Positions 27,561 to 37,445 of a DNA stretch of 64,000 nt are shown here, piece after piece (positions within the stretch are counted from its first letter, which is position 1; each line of letters starts with the position of its first letter). The notes beneath the pieces were generated by a model. It did not search any database, was not told the DNA's origin, and saw only the letters and a program-made list of their open reading frames with translations. A program made the translations under genes and the position numbers. This DNA comes from Dehalococcoidia bacterium (GTDB taxonomy: Bacteria; Chloroflexota; Dehalococcoidia; SM23-28-2; HRBIN24). Location: the NCBI GenBank assembly GCA_034435615.1, contig DAOTWZ010000019.1:28335-92334 (forward strand), read 5' to 3'.

Positions 27561-28835
27561 ATGCGACCCCCCTCCCGGAGACCCCTTGGCTGGCCCCTTC
27601 CCCTCCTGGTGGCAGCGTTAGCCCTCCTCCTGGCCGCCTGCGGGGGTGGCGGCGCCGGGGAGGCCCCGGCCACCGGGGAGCCGATCTCCGTCGGCATGAT
27701 ATACGACGCCACCGGCCCCGTCTCCAACCTCCTGACCCCCGCCCGCCAGGCCGTGGAGGACTACTTCAACCTGGTCAATAAGCGAGGAGGGATAGACGGT
27801 CACCCCGTGCGGGCGTCCTACTGCGATGCCGGCTACGAGGTGGCGCGGGGCGTCAACTGCTACGAGCAGTTCAAGCGGGAGGGCGTCGTCGTCTTCTACG
27901 CCGACGGCTCGGCCATCGGCGAGGGGGTGGCCTCCCGCGCCGCCGCCGACCGCCTCCCCGGCTTCGTCGTCTCCGGGCCGGGCGCCTACACCAACAGCGA
28001 GCGCGCCCCTTACATGTTCGCCGCCATAGGGGGGAGCCGCTGGTCGCAGGCGGCTGCCTCGGTGAAGGTGGTGCTGGACGCCTGGAAGAAGGAGGGCAGG
28101 AGCGGCCAGCCCCGGGTGGCCTACCTCTACATAGACTCGGTCGTCGGCCGGGACTCCCTGGAGGTGCTGAACCGCCTGTCCCAGCAGGAGGGCTTCGAGC
28201 TGCGCACCTTCGCCATCCCGCCCCCGGCCATCGACGTGGCCGCCCAGATGACGGACATCGTCCAGCGCTACCGGGCGGACTACATCATCGCCGACGCCTT
28301 CGGACGCACGCCGGCGCCGGTCATCAAGGCGGCCAAAGACCTGCAGTTCCCCCTGGAGAAGATCGTCTTCTACACCTTCGGCATCGGCGACGCTCATGTG
28401 CGGGCGGTGGGTAGCTGGGACCAGGTCCAGGGCTTCCAGGGCGTGGGCACCTGGCTCTTCGGCCCTGACCTCCCCATCGTCCAGGAGATCAGGGAGATGT
28501 ACCAGAGGGAGGGGAAGAGCCCGCCCTCTTACCTGACGGAGGCCAACTACGAGTACTGCTACGGCCTGGCCATCGCCGCCATCATAGAGGAGGCGCTACG
28601 ACAGGCCCTGAAGGCCCACGGCTGGCCCCTGGACGGCGAGAAGGTGAAGCAGGGGATGGAGAGCATCAGGGGCGAGCCGGCCGGCATCATCCGCTTGCAG
28701 ACGAGCCCCCGCGACCACGAGGGGGGCGGCTACGTGCGCCTGCTGCGGGTGCAGGGAGACCGCTTCGTGCCGGTGACCGACTGGTTCAACGCCTACCGGG
28801 ACGTGGTGGAAGAGGTGGCGGGCATCCGCCAGTAA
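27561..28835 (+). CDS. ABC transporter substrate-binding lipoprotein (Leu/Ile/Val-binding protein family, type I PBP)
   Basis: Signal peptide with lipobox LLAACGGG and the LivK-family fold. Confidence 0.8.
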   Translation: MRPPSRRPLGWPLPLLVAALALLLAACGGGGAGEAPATGEPISVGMIYDATGPVSNLLTPARQAVEDYFNLVNKRGGIDGHPVRASYCDAGYEVARGVNCYEQFKREGVVVFYADGSAIGEGVASRAAADRLPGFVVSGPGAYTNSERAPYMFAAIGGSRWSQAAASVKVVLDAWKKEGRSGQPRVAYLYIDSVVGRDSLEVLNRLSQQEGFELRTFAIPPPAIDVAAQMTDIVQRYRADYIIADAFGRTPAPVIKAAKDLQFPLEKIVFYTFGIGDAHVRAVGSWDQVQGFQGVGTWLFGPDLPIVQEIREMYQREGKSPPSYLTEANYEYCYGLAIAAIIEEALRQALKAHGWPLDGEKVKQGMESIRGEPAGIIRLQTSPRDHEGGGYVRLLRVQGDRFVPVTDWFNAYRDVVEEVAGIRQ

Positions 28836-28854
28836 CGTCCGGGGCGTCCAGCAC

Positions 28855-28883
28855 GGGGCGGGGGCCATGCTGGCCCCCGCCCC
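28855..28883. terminator. perfect GC hairpin (13-bp stem ggggcgggggcca / tggcccccgcccc, 3-nt loop) between convergent genes; no U tract
   Basis: Exact inverted repeat read from the sequence, 20 nt after the binding-protein stop and 53 nt after the esterase stop on the other strand. Confidence 0.45.
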
Positions 28884-28935
28884 AGGCCTTCACAGTGCCA
28901 GGCTTCCCCCGGTATGGGCTCCCTCCCCCGCACGC

Positions 28936-29868
28936 CTAGTCTTGAGCGAAGGCCATTCTGAGCGAGGCCGCCGATGTCCAGAGGGAGTGGCGCCCCGCGG
29001 ATATGACGTGGTAGAGGCTGGTGAAGCCGTGGATCATCCCCTGGTAGCGGAGCCGCGCCGTCGGCACCCCCGCCCGCGCCAGCCTCAGAGCATACTCCTC
29101 CGCCTCGTCCCGCAGGGGGTCGTACTCGGCGGTGATGACGGTGGCCGCCGGCAGGCCGGCCAGGTCGTGCGCCCGCAGGGGCGAGGCGTAGGGGCTCTCG
29201 CCGTCCGCCTCGTCCCGCAGGTAGTGGCCCCAGAACCAGACCATGTCCTGCTTGGTGAGGAGGTAGCCCTCAGCGTTCTCGGTGTAGGAGGGAGTGTCGA
29301 AGGCGTAGTTGGTGACGGGGTAGATGAGGAGCTGATGGACGAGGCGAGGCCCGCCCCGCCGCTTGGCCATGTAGGCCACCACCGCCGCCAGGTTGCCGCC
29401 GGCGCTGTCGCCCCCCACGGCCAGGCGAGAGGGATCGCCCCCCAGGGCGGAGGCGTTCTGGGAGGCCCAAAGGGCGGCGGCGTAGCAGTCCTCGGGAGCG
29501 GCGGGGAACTTGTGCTCCGGCGCCAGCCGGTAGTCCACGGATATGGTGATGCAGCTGGCGTACCTGGTCAGACAGCGGCAGACGGAGTCATGGGTCTCCA
29601 GGTTGCCGATGACCCATCCCCCGCCGTGGTAGTAGACCAGGACGCCGAAGGGCCCCTGACCCTCCGGCCAGTAGATGCGCGCCGGTATCTCCCCGCCCGG
29701 GCCGGGCACCTTGCCGTCCTCCACCTTGGCCACCTGGGGCCGGGGCACGTCCCCCAGCAGGGCCACGATGGCCTCCCGGGCCTCTGCCACCGTCATCTGG
29801 TGGAAGGGCTTGCCGCCCATCTCCGCCAGTTGCCTGAGGAAGGCCTCCACCTCTGGGTCCAGCGGCAT
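28936..29868 (-). CDS. alpha/beta hydrolase (esterase/lipase, hormone-sensitive-lipase family)
   Basis: HGGGW oxyanion motif and GDSAGG nucleophile elbow. Confidence 0.85.
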   Translation of the reverse strand: MPLDPEVEAFLRQLAEMGGKPFHQMTVAEAREAIVALLGDVPRPQVAKVEDGKVPGPGGEIPARIYWPEGQGPFGVLVYYHGGGWVIGNLETHDSVCRCLTRYASCITISVDYRLAPEHKFPAAPEDCYAAALWASQNASALGGDPSRLAVGGDSAGGNLAAVVAYMAKRRGGPRLVHQLLIYPVTNYAFDTPSYTENAEGYLLTKQDMVWFWGHYLRDEADGESPYASPLRAHDLAGLPAATVITAEYDPLRDEAEEYALRLARAGVPTARLRYQGMIHGFTSLYHVISAGRHSLWTSAASLRMAFAQD

Positions 29869-29870
29869 GG

Positions 29871-30701
29871 CTACCCCCTGAGGAAGTCCAGCACCATGGG
29901 CACCACCCTGTCCACCTGCTCGAGCTGCACCAGGTGGCCGGCGCCCCTGACGACCTCCAGCCTCGCCCCCTTGATGCGGCGGGCGAACTCCTCGCCATAG
30001 GCGATGGGGACCAGGGCGTCCTGCTCCCCCCAGATGATGAGGGTGGGCGCCCGGATACGGTGGAGACGCTTGCGCAGCCCCTTGTCCGGTATGGGCCAGA
30101 CGAACTTGCCGGTGGAGGCGAGGGCCCATACGAAGCGGGCCTGCACCTTCACCTGGGTCTCCGTATCGGCGCCGGGGGGCGGGGTGAGGGAGCCCAGGAA
30201 CCGCTGCACCGCCGGCGCCTGCAGGTCGTGGGCGAGGAGGGCCGGCAGCTCCTGCGGGGAGGCTATCGTCCACTTCAGAGTGGTCACCGGCTGGTCCTCC
30301 CGCCACAGGCCGATGGGAGCGATGGCGACGAGCCTGGATACCCGCTCCGGGCAGTGGGCGGCCAGCTCGCAGGCCAGCATCCCGCCGTAGGAGTGGCCGA
30401 TGACGGGGACGGGCCCCAGGCCCAGCCCCTCCAGGAGCTCGTCATAGAGCAGGACGAGGTCCCACAGGTTGTCCAGCTTGTAGACATCGTTGGGGTCGCT
30501 CTCGCCGGTGCCCGGGTGATGGGGCATGTAGAGGGTGTAGCTCTGGGCCAGACGGTCCAGGAACTCGTCGCCCTGGAGGTGCGGGCCGCCGGCGCCGTGC
30601 AGGAAGACGAGGGGCGGCCCGTCGCCCCGCACGTCCACGGGTACCTCGATCTGTTCGGCCCACACCCTGAGCCGCTCCAGACGCTGGGTGACCATCTCCA
30701 C
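29871..30701 (-). CDS. alpha/beta hydrolase fold protein
   Basis: GHSYGG nucleophile elbow and a C-terminal His. Confidence 0.8.
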   Translation of the reverse strand: MEMVTQRLERLRVWAEQIEVPVDVRGDGPPLVFLHGAGGPHLQGDEFLDRLAQSYTLYMPHHPGTGESDPNDVYKLDNLWDLVLLYDELLEGLGLGPVPVIGHSYGGMLACELAAHCPERVSRLVAIAPIGLWREDQPVTTLKWTIASPQELPALLAHDLQAPAVQRFLGSLTPPPGADTETQVKVQARFVWALASTGKFVWPIPDKGLRKRLHRIRAPTLIIWGEQDALVPIAYGEEFARRIKGARLEVVRGAGHLVQLEQVDRVVPMVLDFLRG

Positions 30702-30735
30702 CTCCTGGCAGATGGACTCACCACCACAGTATACA

Positions 30736-30761
30736 GCGGGGGCCCGCCGGCGGGCCCCCGC
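30736..30761. terminator. 26-bp perfect GC palindrome gcgggggcccgccggcgggcccccgc between the luciferase-like gene and the downstream hydrolase
   Basis: Exact self-complementary sequence; 7 nt downstream of the luciferase-like gene stop, followed (minus strand) by a TATACT element and a GGAGGTGGAG RBS for the hydrolase. Confidence 0.4.
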
Positions 30762-30767
30762 TGCGCA

Positions 30768-31994
30768 TCAGGTGGCGGCGGGCTGCTTCAGCAGCTTCTT
30801 GGGCCACCAGTGGTTCTCCCAGCGGCCCTCCCAGATGCCCCGCAGGTGGGGCAGGACCTCCCGGGCGAAGAGCTCGTAGTTCTTGAGGGTCAGCTCGTGG
30901 GGCATGGAGCCGATCTGCAGCAGCACCATCAGGTTGCCCACCCGCAGCCGCTTGATGACGTCCTCCAGGCGGTCGCGGACGGTCTCGGGGCTACCTGAGA
31001 TGACGAACTCCTGGTCCACGAAGTCCTTGTAGCGCAGTTCCTTCAGCTCCTCGAAGCGGAGGCCGCCCCGGCGCAGGGAGTACACCAGGCTCTCGTAGTC
31101 CTGGTAGCCGGGGATGGCGAACCACTCGGTGGGGATGTGGAGGCACTTGCGGTAGAAGTACTCGATGTGGCGGGCGTACTCCTCCTCGGCCCGGGCGTCG
31201 GTCTCGGAGACCGTCACCAGCTGCAGGTAGCCGAAGCGGTAGGGGTTGAGGTCCTTCCCCAGCTCCTGCAGGTCCTCCCAGTAGGCGTTGGCCACCGGCT
31301 CCGCCGCCCTAGCGCCGAAGTAGCTGAGGAAGCAGTAGCAGAGGTCGTTCTCGGCGGCGAAGCGCCAGGTGGTACGGGAGCCGGCGCCGGGAAGCCAGAT
31401 GGGCGGATAGGGCTTCTGGACAGGGCGGGGCCAGACGTCCACGGCCGGGAGCTGCCAGAACTTGCCATTCCAGGCGAAGACCTCGTTGGCGGTCCAGGCC
31501 CTGATGATGAGCTGGAGGGCCTCCCGGAAGCGCTCACGGTGCTCCAGCGGCGGCACCCCGTAGCAGATCTCTACGTCCATGGAGGTGCCCATGGGGACGC
31601 CGGCCACCAGCCGCCCGCCGCTTATGCAGTCCAGCATGGCGTACTCCTCAGCGATGCGGTGGGGCGGCTGGGTGGTGGCCAGGGTGGAGCCCATCTGGAC
31701 GATGGCGACGTCCAGGCCCTGGTCGCGGGTGGCCTTGGCCAGGATGGCGCCCATCAGGTTGGGATTGGGCATGAAGCCATAGGCGTTCTGGTGGTGCTCG
31801 TTGGTGCAGAGGCCGTCCAGCCCCAGCTTGGCGCCGTAGAGGAGCTCGTCCAGCGTCCAGTTGTAGTATTCCCCTACCCGTTCGGGATCGGACAGCTCCC
31901 ACCAGGGCGGGTCCACCCACACGGAGCGGTAGCGCTGTTCGAAGTCGTCGGGGAGCTCACGGTGGGGCATCAGTTGGAAGGCGGAGACCTTCAT
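30768..31994 (-). CDS. luciferase-like monooxygenase family flavin/F420-dependent oxidoreductase (long form, about 408 aa)
   Basis: The N-terminal region (MKVSAFQLMP..., NEHHQNAYGF) matches the LLM family by pattern; GAGGAGGTG RBS. Confidence 0.8.
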   Translation of the reverse strand: MKVSAFQLMPHRELPDDFEQRYRSVWVDPPWWELSDPERVGEYYNWTLDELLYGAKLGLDGLCTNEHHQNAYGFMPNPNLMGAILAKATRDQGLDVAIVQMGSTLATTQPPHRIAEEYAMLDCISGGRLVAGVPMGTSMDVEICYGVPPLEHRERFREALQLIIRAWTANEVFAWNGKFWQLPAVDVWPRPVQKPYPPIWLPGAGSRTTWRFAAENDLCYCFLSYFGARAAEPVANAYWEDLQELGKDLNPYRFGYLQLVTVSETDARAEEEYARHIEYFYRKCLHIPTEWFAIPGYQDYESLVYSLRRGGLRFEELKELRYKDFVDQEFVISGSPETVRDRLEDVIKRLRVGNLMVLLQIGSMPHELTLKNYELFAREVLPHLRGIWEGRWENHWWPKKLLKQPAAT

Positions 31995-32270
31995 CGGCTG
32001 ACACCTCCTCACCCTCTTCTCGCAGGCCGCCAGATAACTACCATATATCGCTATAACTGTCAAAGGTTCATTTGTAACGTCACTAAAGCTGGCAGAGGCG
32101 AGCAGGGGCGCCCAGGGGAGACTGTGACGCGGATTCGCACTCGCTCGGCCCCTTCTCCGTCAGACTAAATAGGAAAGCTCTATGGTGTCTATAGAGACAA
32201 GCCGTGGCGAGGTGGCGGCGCCGGGGAGCGGTTGACCCTCTCCCGCGGGAGTGCTTCAATGGGCCGCTGA

Positions 32271-32299
32271 GGGGGCCGCCGGGACGGCCGGCGGCCCCC
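32271..32299 (+). promoter_or_regulatory. 12-bp all-GC perfect hairpin (gggggccgccgg gacgg ccggcggccccc) in the lpdA 5' leader, ending 8 nt before the RBS
   Basis: Exact inverted repeat; no U tract; sits in a roughly 250-nt leader. Confidence 0.4.
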
Positions 32300-32321
32300 T
32301 GTGCACCGGGGGAAGGCAGGC

Positions 32322-33719
32322 ATGACGGAGCAGGAGTTCGATGTCGTCGTCCTGGGGAGCGGGACGGCCGGCTACACGGCGGCCATCCGGGCCTCCCAAC
32401 TGGGCCTGCGGGTGGCCCTGGTGGAGGAGGACAGGGTGGGTGGCGTCTGCCTCCACCGCGGCTGCATACCCACCAAGGCGTTGCTGGAGGTGGCGGAGAC
32501 GGTGGCCCAGGCGCGGCGGGCCGCGGCCTTCGGGGTGGAGGTGGGGGAGCCCTCCCTGGAGCTGCCGGCCGTCCACCGCTACCGCCAGCAGGTGGTGGAG
32601 GAGCTGTACCGGGGACTGCGGGGCGTCATCGGCAAGCGGCGCATAGAGGTGGTCCAGGGGCGAGGGCGCCTCCTCTCCCCGGTCGAGGTAGCGGTGGAGG
32701 GGGCGGCGCCCTGCCGGCTGCGGGGGCGGCGCATCGTCCTGGCCACCGGCTCCCGGCCAGCGGAGCTCCCCGGCCTCCCCTGCGACGGCCAGCGCATCCT
32801 CACCAGCGATCACGTCCTGGAGCTGGCAGAGCTGCCCCGTCACCTCATCGTCGTCGGCGGCGGCGCCGTGGGCCTGGAGTTCGCCTCCTTCTTCCTGGAC
32901 GTGGGGGTCTCCGTCACCGTCGTCGAGCTGCTGCCCCGCCTCCTGCCCCAGATGGACGAGGAGCTGGGGCGGGGGCTGGAGCGGGCCCTCGTCGCCCGCG
33001 GGGCCACCGTCCTCACCGCCGCCCGCCTCGTCCCCGAGGGCTGCCGGCTCGACGGCGACGACGTGGAGCTGCTGGTGGAGCGCGAGGGCGAGACGAGGCG
33101 GCTCAGGGGCTCCCACGTCCTCGTCGCCATCGGCCGGCGGGCCAACGTGGAGGGGCTGGGCCTGGAGGAGGCCGGCGTGGCCCTGGCCAGCGGCTTCGTC
33201 CGGGTGGAGGCGACGATGCAGACCACGGCCCCCGGCGTCTACGCGGCGGGCGATGTGGCGGGCGGCCCCCTGCTGGCCCACAAGGCGGCCGCCGAAGGGG
33301 CCATAGCGGCCGAGGCCCTGGCCGGCAAGGCCCCCCAGCCCCTGGACTACGACCGCGTCCCCGCCGTGGTCTACACCCGCCCCCAGGCCGCCGCCGTGGG
33401 CCTGACGGAGGAGGCGGCGCGGGAGCAGGGACGACGCGTCCGCGCCCAGCGCTTCTCCCTCCGCTACAACGCCATGGCCACCATCCGCCGCGAGACGGAG
33501 GGCTTCGCCAAGGTGGTCTACGACCTGGACAGCGGCGAGGTGCTGGGCGTCCACGTCCTGGCCCCCCAGGCGGGGGAGCTGGTGGCCGAGGCCGCCCTGG
33601 CCCGCCACCTGGGGGCCAGCGCCTGGCACCTGGCCACCAGCATCCACCCCCACCCCAGTCTGAGCGAGGTCATAGGGGAGGCCGCCCAGATGGCGGCCCG
33701 CCTCAGCATCTACCTCTGA
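32322..33719 (+). CDS. lpdA: dihydrolipoyl dehydrogenase (E3)
   Basis: FAD motif [11 protein letters not shown], redox-active disulfide [16 protein letters not shown] motif and a C-terminal dimerisation domain carrying the HPH..E motif (IHPHPSLSE). The alternative GTG at 32301 lacks an RBS. Confidence 0.9.
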   Translation: MTEQEFDVVVLGSGTAGYTAAIRASQLGLRVALVEEDRVGGVCLHRGCIPTKALLEVAETVAQARRAAAFGVEVGEPSLELPAVHRYRQQVVEELYRGLRGVIGKRRIEVVQGRGRLLSPVEVAVEGAAPCRLRGRRIVLATGSRPAELPGLPCDGQRILTSDHVLELAELPRHLIVVGGGAVGLEFASFFLDVGVSVTVVELLPRLLPQMDEELGRGLERALVARGATVLTAARLVPEGCRLDGDDVELLVEREGETRRLRGSHVLVAIGRRANVEGLGLEEAGVALASGFVRVEATMQTTAPGVYAAGDVAGGPLLAHKAAAEGAIAAEALAGKAPQPLDYDRVPAVVYTRPQAAAVGLTEEAAREQGRRVRAQRFSLRYNAMATIRRETEGFAKVVYDLDSGEVLGVHVLAPQAGELVAEAALARHLGASAWHLATSIHPHPSLSEVIGEAAQMAARLSIYL

Positions 33720-33763
33720 GGGGGAGCGCCGCTATACTGGAGGCGCACGGTGCGAGGAGAGCC

Positions 33764-34735
33764 ATGACAGGCCCGGAGCCCCTCCCTTTCCTGGACGCGG
33801 AGGACGTCCCCCGCGCCTCCGGGCTGGGCGGCGGGCCGCCCCCCGGCCGCCCGGAGCGCAAGCCCCCCTGGTTCAAGGTGCGGGCCACTATGGGGCCCAA
33901 CTACCTGGAGATGAAGCGGCTCATGCGCGGCCTCCGCCTCCACACCGTCTGCGAGGAGGCCCTCTGCCCCAACATCTTCGAGTGCTGGGAGGAGCGCACC
34001 GGCACCTTCATGGTCCTGGGCGATGTCTGCACTCGCCGCTGCGCCTTCTGCGCCGTCGCCTCCGGGCGGCCGGGCGGACGCGTGGACTGGGACGAGCCCC
34101 GCCGCCTGGCCGAGGCCGCCCGCCACCTGGGGCTCCGGCATATAGTCATCACCTCCGTCGCCCGGGACGACCTCCCGGACGGCGGCGCCTCCCTCTTCGC
34201 CGCCTGCATAAGGCTCTGTCGGGAGTACGTCCCCGGCTGCAGCGTGGAGGTGCTGGTGCCCGACTTCCGTGGTTCCCTGGAGGCCCTCCGCACCGTCATG
34301 GAGGCCCGCCCCGACGTCTTCAACCACAACGTGGAAACGGTGCCCCGCCTCTACCGTCGGGTGCGGCCCAGCGCCCGCTACGAGCGCTCCCTGGAGATGC
34401 TGCGCCGCGCCAAAGAGATGGCCCCCTACGTCCCCACCAAGGCCGGCCTCATGGTGGGGCTGGGAGAGAGCTGGGACGAACTCCTCCAGACGATGCGCGA
34501 CATCCGCGCCGCCGGCGTGGACATCATCACCATCGGTCAGTACCTGCGCCCCACCCACGGCGAGCGGCACCTGCCGGTGGTCCGCTACTACACCCCCCAG
34601 GAGTTCGAGACCCTGCGCTGGGAGGCCCTGGCCATGGGCTTCCCGGTGGCCGAGTGCGGGCCCCTGGTCCGCTCCTCCTACCACGCCCGCCGCGCCGTCT
34701 CCGCCCTGCAGCCCGACGCCCCCGCCTCCTCCTGA
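33764..34735 (+). CDS. lipA: lipoyl synthase
   Basis: [12 protein letters not shown] auxiliary cluster and radical-SAM CTRRCAFC; GAGGAGAG RBS. Confidence 0.9.
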   Translation: MTGPEPLPFLDAEDVPRASGLGGGPPPGRPERKPPWFKVRATMGPNYLEMKRLMRGLRLHTVCEEALCPNIFECWEERTGTFMVLGDVCTRRCAFCAVASGRPGGRVDWDEPRRLAEAARHLGLRHIVITSVARDDLPDGGASLFAACIRLCREYVPGCSVEVLVPDFRGSLEALRTVMEARPDVFNHNVETVPRLYRRVRPSARYERSLEMLRRAKEMAPYVPTKAGLMVGLGESWDELLQTMRDIRAAGVDIITIGQYLRPTHGERHLPVVRYYTPQEFETLRWEALAMGFPVAECGPLVRSSYHARRAVSALQPDAPASS

Positions 34736-34871
34736 GGCGGCGCCTCCCCGGCGTCGCATCCGGCGTCCCAGCACTTGACGTCCCGAAGCAGAGGACTTAT
34801 TTTATGGCTGCATCTGAGCAGGGTCTTAAATTACGTCCCGTTATCGGGCTGGACGAAAGGAGAGGAAGGCT

Positions 34872-36236
34872 ATGCTCCGCTTGAATCCCCTGAGAGCGCC
34901 TTTCCTGCTGGCCTTGTTACTGGGCCTGGGGGTGGCCCTGGCCCTGGCCTTGTTACTGGGCCTGGGGGTGGCCCTGGCCGCCTGCGGGGGCGGCGGTGAG
35001 GAGACCGCCACCCCCAGGCCGGGGACGCCTGGGGCGCAGGTGCCCGGGCAACTCAAGATAGGCGCCCTCCTGCCCCTCACCGGCCCCCTCGCCGACTTCG
35101 GCCGCGACTTCAGGAACGCCATAGAGATGGCGGTGGAGCATATCAACGCCGCCGGCGGCGTCATGGGCCGGCCCGTGGTCCTGGTGACGGCCGATGACGG
35201 CACCGTCAACGTCCAGCAAGGCGTGGCGGAGGCCCGCCGACTGGTGGACGTGGAGCGGGTGCACGTAATAGTAGGGGCAGCCGCCTCCAGCGTCACCATC
35301 GCCGTGGCGGAGAGCGTGACCGTGCCCAACCGTATCCTGCAGATCTCGCCCTCCTCCACCTCCCCCGCCATCACCACCCTGCGGGACAACGACTACCTCT
35401 TCCGCACCCCCATCTCGGACGCCGCCCAGGGGCTGGTGCTGGCCCGCCTGGCCCGGGACGAGGGGCTGAGCCGCGTCGCCACCCTCTACGTCAACAACGC
35501 CTACGGCCAGGGCCTGAGCGAGAGCTTCGCCCGGGCCTTCCAGCAGCTGGGCGGGCAGGTGACGGCCCAGGTGCCCCACACGGCGGAGACGGCCCCCAGC
35601 TACATCTCAGAGCTGCAGCGGGCCGCCCAGGGGAACCCGGAGGCGCTGGCCGCCATCAGCTACGTGGACGGCCAGGGCGAGGTCTACCTGCGGGAGGCTG
35701 TCGAGCAGGGGCTCTTCCGCCGCTTCCTGTTCGTGGACGGCACCAAGTCCGGCGACATGTTCGGCCGTCTGGGCTGGGACCGCTTCAACGGGATGCGGGG
35801 AACCTCACCCGGCGCCCTCTCCACCCAGTTCGGCAGCCAGTTCGACCAGCAGTTCCAGCAGCGCTGGGGCTACGCCTACCAGACCCCCTTCGTCCGTGAG
35901 GCCTACGACGCCACGGTCGTCGTCGCCCTGGCCGCCGAGAAGGCCCGCTCCACCGACTCCACCGCCATCCGCAACGCCCTGCGGGACGTGGCCAACAGCC
36001 CGGGCCGTCAGATCGGCCCCGGCGTGGACAGCATCCGTCAGGCGCTGCAGGCCATCCGCAACGGTGAGGACATAGACTACGTGGGGGCCTCCGGCTCCGT
36101 GGAGTTCGACCAGAACGGCGACGTCGCTCTGGGCGGCATCGAGGTCTGGCGGGTGGACGCCCAGAGGCGGGAGCTGGTGACGGAGGCCGTCTACCGGGTG
36201 GACCTGCGCACCGGCGAGGTCTCCAGGGCCCAGTAA
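34872..36236 (+). CDS. ABC transporter substrate-binding lipoprotein (Liv/branched-chain amino-acid type)
   Basis: Lipobox VALAACGGG; type I PBP fold; converges on the Liv-type permease/ATPase operon. Confidence 0.8.
   Translation: MLRLNPLRAPFLLALLLGLGVALALALLLGLGVALAACGGGGEETATPRPGTPGAQVPGQLKIGALLPLTGPLADFGRDFRNAIEMAVEHINAAGGVMGRPVVLVTADDGTVNVQQGVAEARRLVDVERVHVIVGAAASSVTIAVAESVTVPNRILQISPSSTSPAITTLRDNDYLFRTPISDAAQGLVLARLARDEGLSRVATLYVNNAYGQGLSESFARAFQQLGGQVTAQVPHTAETAPSYISELQRAAQGNPEALAAISYVDGQGEVYLREAVEQGLFRRFLFVDGTKSGDMFGRLGWDRFNGMRGTSPGALSTQFGSQFDQQFQQRWGYAYQTPFVREAYDATVVVALAAEKARSTDSTAIRNALRDVANSPGRQIGPGVDSIRQALQAIRNGEDIDYVGASGSVEFDQNGDVALGGIEVWRVDAQRRELVTEAVYRVDLRTGEVSRAQ
34908..34979 (+). 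repeat. perfect 2 x 36-bp in-frame tandem duplication (ctggccttgttactgggcctgggggtggccctggcc) inside the signal-peptide hydrophobic region
   Basis: Exact duplication read from the sequence; encodes LALLLGLGVALA twice. Confidence 0.9.
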
Positions 36237-36259
36237 GGAGAGACAGCGCGGACGCTACG

Positions 36260-36287
36260 GGCGGGCCGGGGGCGTCCCTGGCCCGCC
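36260..36287. terminator. GC hairpin (8-bp stem ggcgggcc/ggcccgcc, 12-nt loop) between the convergent binding-protein gene and the livM-like gene
   Basis: Inverted repeat read from the sequence; no U tract. Confidence 0.3.
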
Positions 36288-36293
36288 TCAGCT

Positions 36294-37445
36294 TCACTCC
36301 CCCCTGGAGGCGGCCGGCGCCTCCTCCCGCCTGGGCAGCGGATGGCGGCGGATCAGCCGCTCCACCCAGATGGAGACCCGGCGCTCTTCCGGCAGCAGGC
36401 CCTGCGGCCTCAGCAGCAGGACCGCTATCAGCAGCAACCCCAGGAGGAGGTCCCGCAGGTAGAAGATGCGGACGCTCAGCACCTCCGGCATGGGGTAGCT
36501 CAGTAGCTGGAGGCTGACGATCCACAGACCCCAGACCACGTAGGCGCCCAGCAAGGCGCCCCGGTTGTTGCCGCTGCCCCCCAGGACCAGCATCACCCAG
36601 AAGATGAAGGTGCCGGAGAAGTGGCTGAAAGTGTCCGGCGAGAGGCCGCCCTGCTCGTAGGCGTAGACGGCCCCTCCCACGCCCATCACCACAGCGCCGA
36701 AGACGAACCCCTGCGTCTTGAAGGCGAAGACATTCTTGCCGCTGGCCGCCGTCACCGTCTCGTCCTCGCGCAGCGCCCGCAACACCCGGCCCCAGGGGGA
36801 GCGAATGCTCTTCTCCACCGCGTAGAAGACCAGGGCCAGCAGGACCACGGCGATGCCGAAGTAGACGAACTTGTAGTCGCCGGGATCGAAGAAGGAGCCG
36901 AAGGGGCGGGGGATCCCCGTCAGCCCCCGCTGGCTGTTCACCAGCCCCTCCTCGGCGATGACCACGTTGCGCATCAACTCGGCGATGCCGATGGTGGCTA
37001 TGGCCAGGTAGTCTTCCCGCAGCCGTAGCGTGGGGATGGACATCAGGAAGGCCAGCACGCCGCACATGAGGGCCGCCGCCAGGGCCCCGACGAGGAAAGG
37101 CAGCCACTCCCCGCTGGACAGGAAGGGGAGCAGGTCCAGCGTCTCCCCGAATCCCCCCACGTAGCGGACGAACTCGCTCTCCGCCGGCCCCTTGGTGAAG
37201 ATGGCCGCTGTGTAGGCCCCTACCAGGAAGAAGGCCGCCACCCCGAAGTTGAAGACCCCGGCGTAGCCCCACTGCACGTTCAGCCCCAGCACGAAGAGGC
37301 CATAGATGGCCACCGTGGTGGCGAAGGTAGTGAGGAAGCTTATCACCCCCGCCGCGTCCCAGCCCGAGCGCTCCGCCGGCATGATGACCACGGCCGCGGT
37401 CACCAGGAGGAAGGCCAGGAGGGTGACCAGCCGCCCCGACCTCAT
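36294..37445 (-). CDS. branched-chain amino acid ABC transporter permease (LivM-like)
   Basis: Polytopic membrane protein of the LivM family; ATGA overlap with the upstream livH-like gene. Confidence 0.8.
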   Translation of the reverse strand: MRSGRLVTLLAFLLVTAAVVIMPAERSGWDAAGVISFLTTFATTVAIYGLFVLGLNVQWGYAGVFNFGVAAFFLVGAYTAAIFTKGPAESEFVRYVGGFGETLDLLPFLSSGEWLPFLVGALAAALMCGVLAFLMSIPTLRLREDYLAIATIGIAELMRNVVIAEEGLVNSQRGLTGIPRPFGSFFDPGDYKFVYFGIAVVLLALVFYAVEKSIRSPWGRVLRALREDETVTAASGKNVFAFKTQGFVFGAVVMGVGGAVYAYEQGGLSPDTFSHFSGTFIFWVMLVLGGSGNNRGALLGAYVVWGLWIVSLQLLSYPMPEVLSVRIFYLRDLLLGLLLIAVLLLRPQGLLPEERRVSIWVERLIRRHPLPRREEAPAASRGE

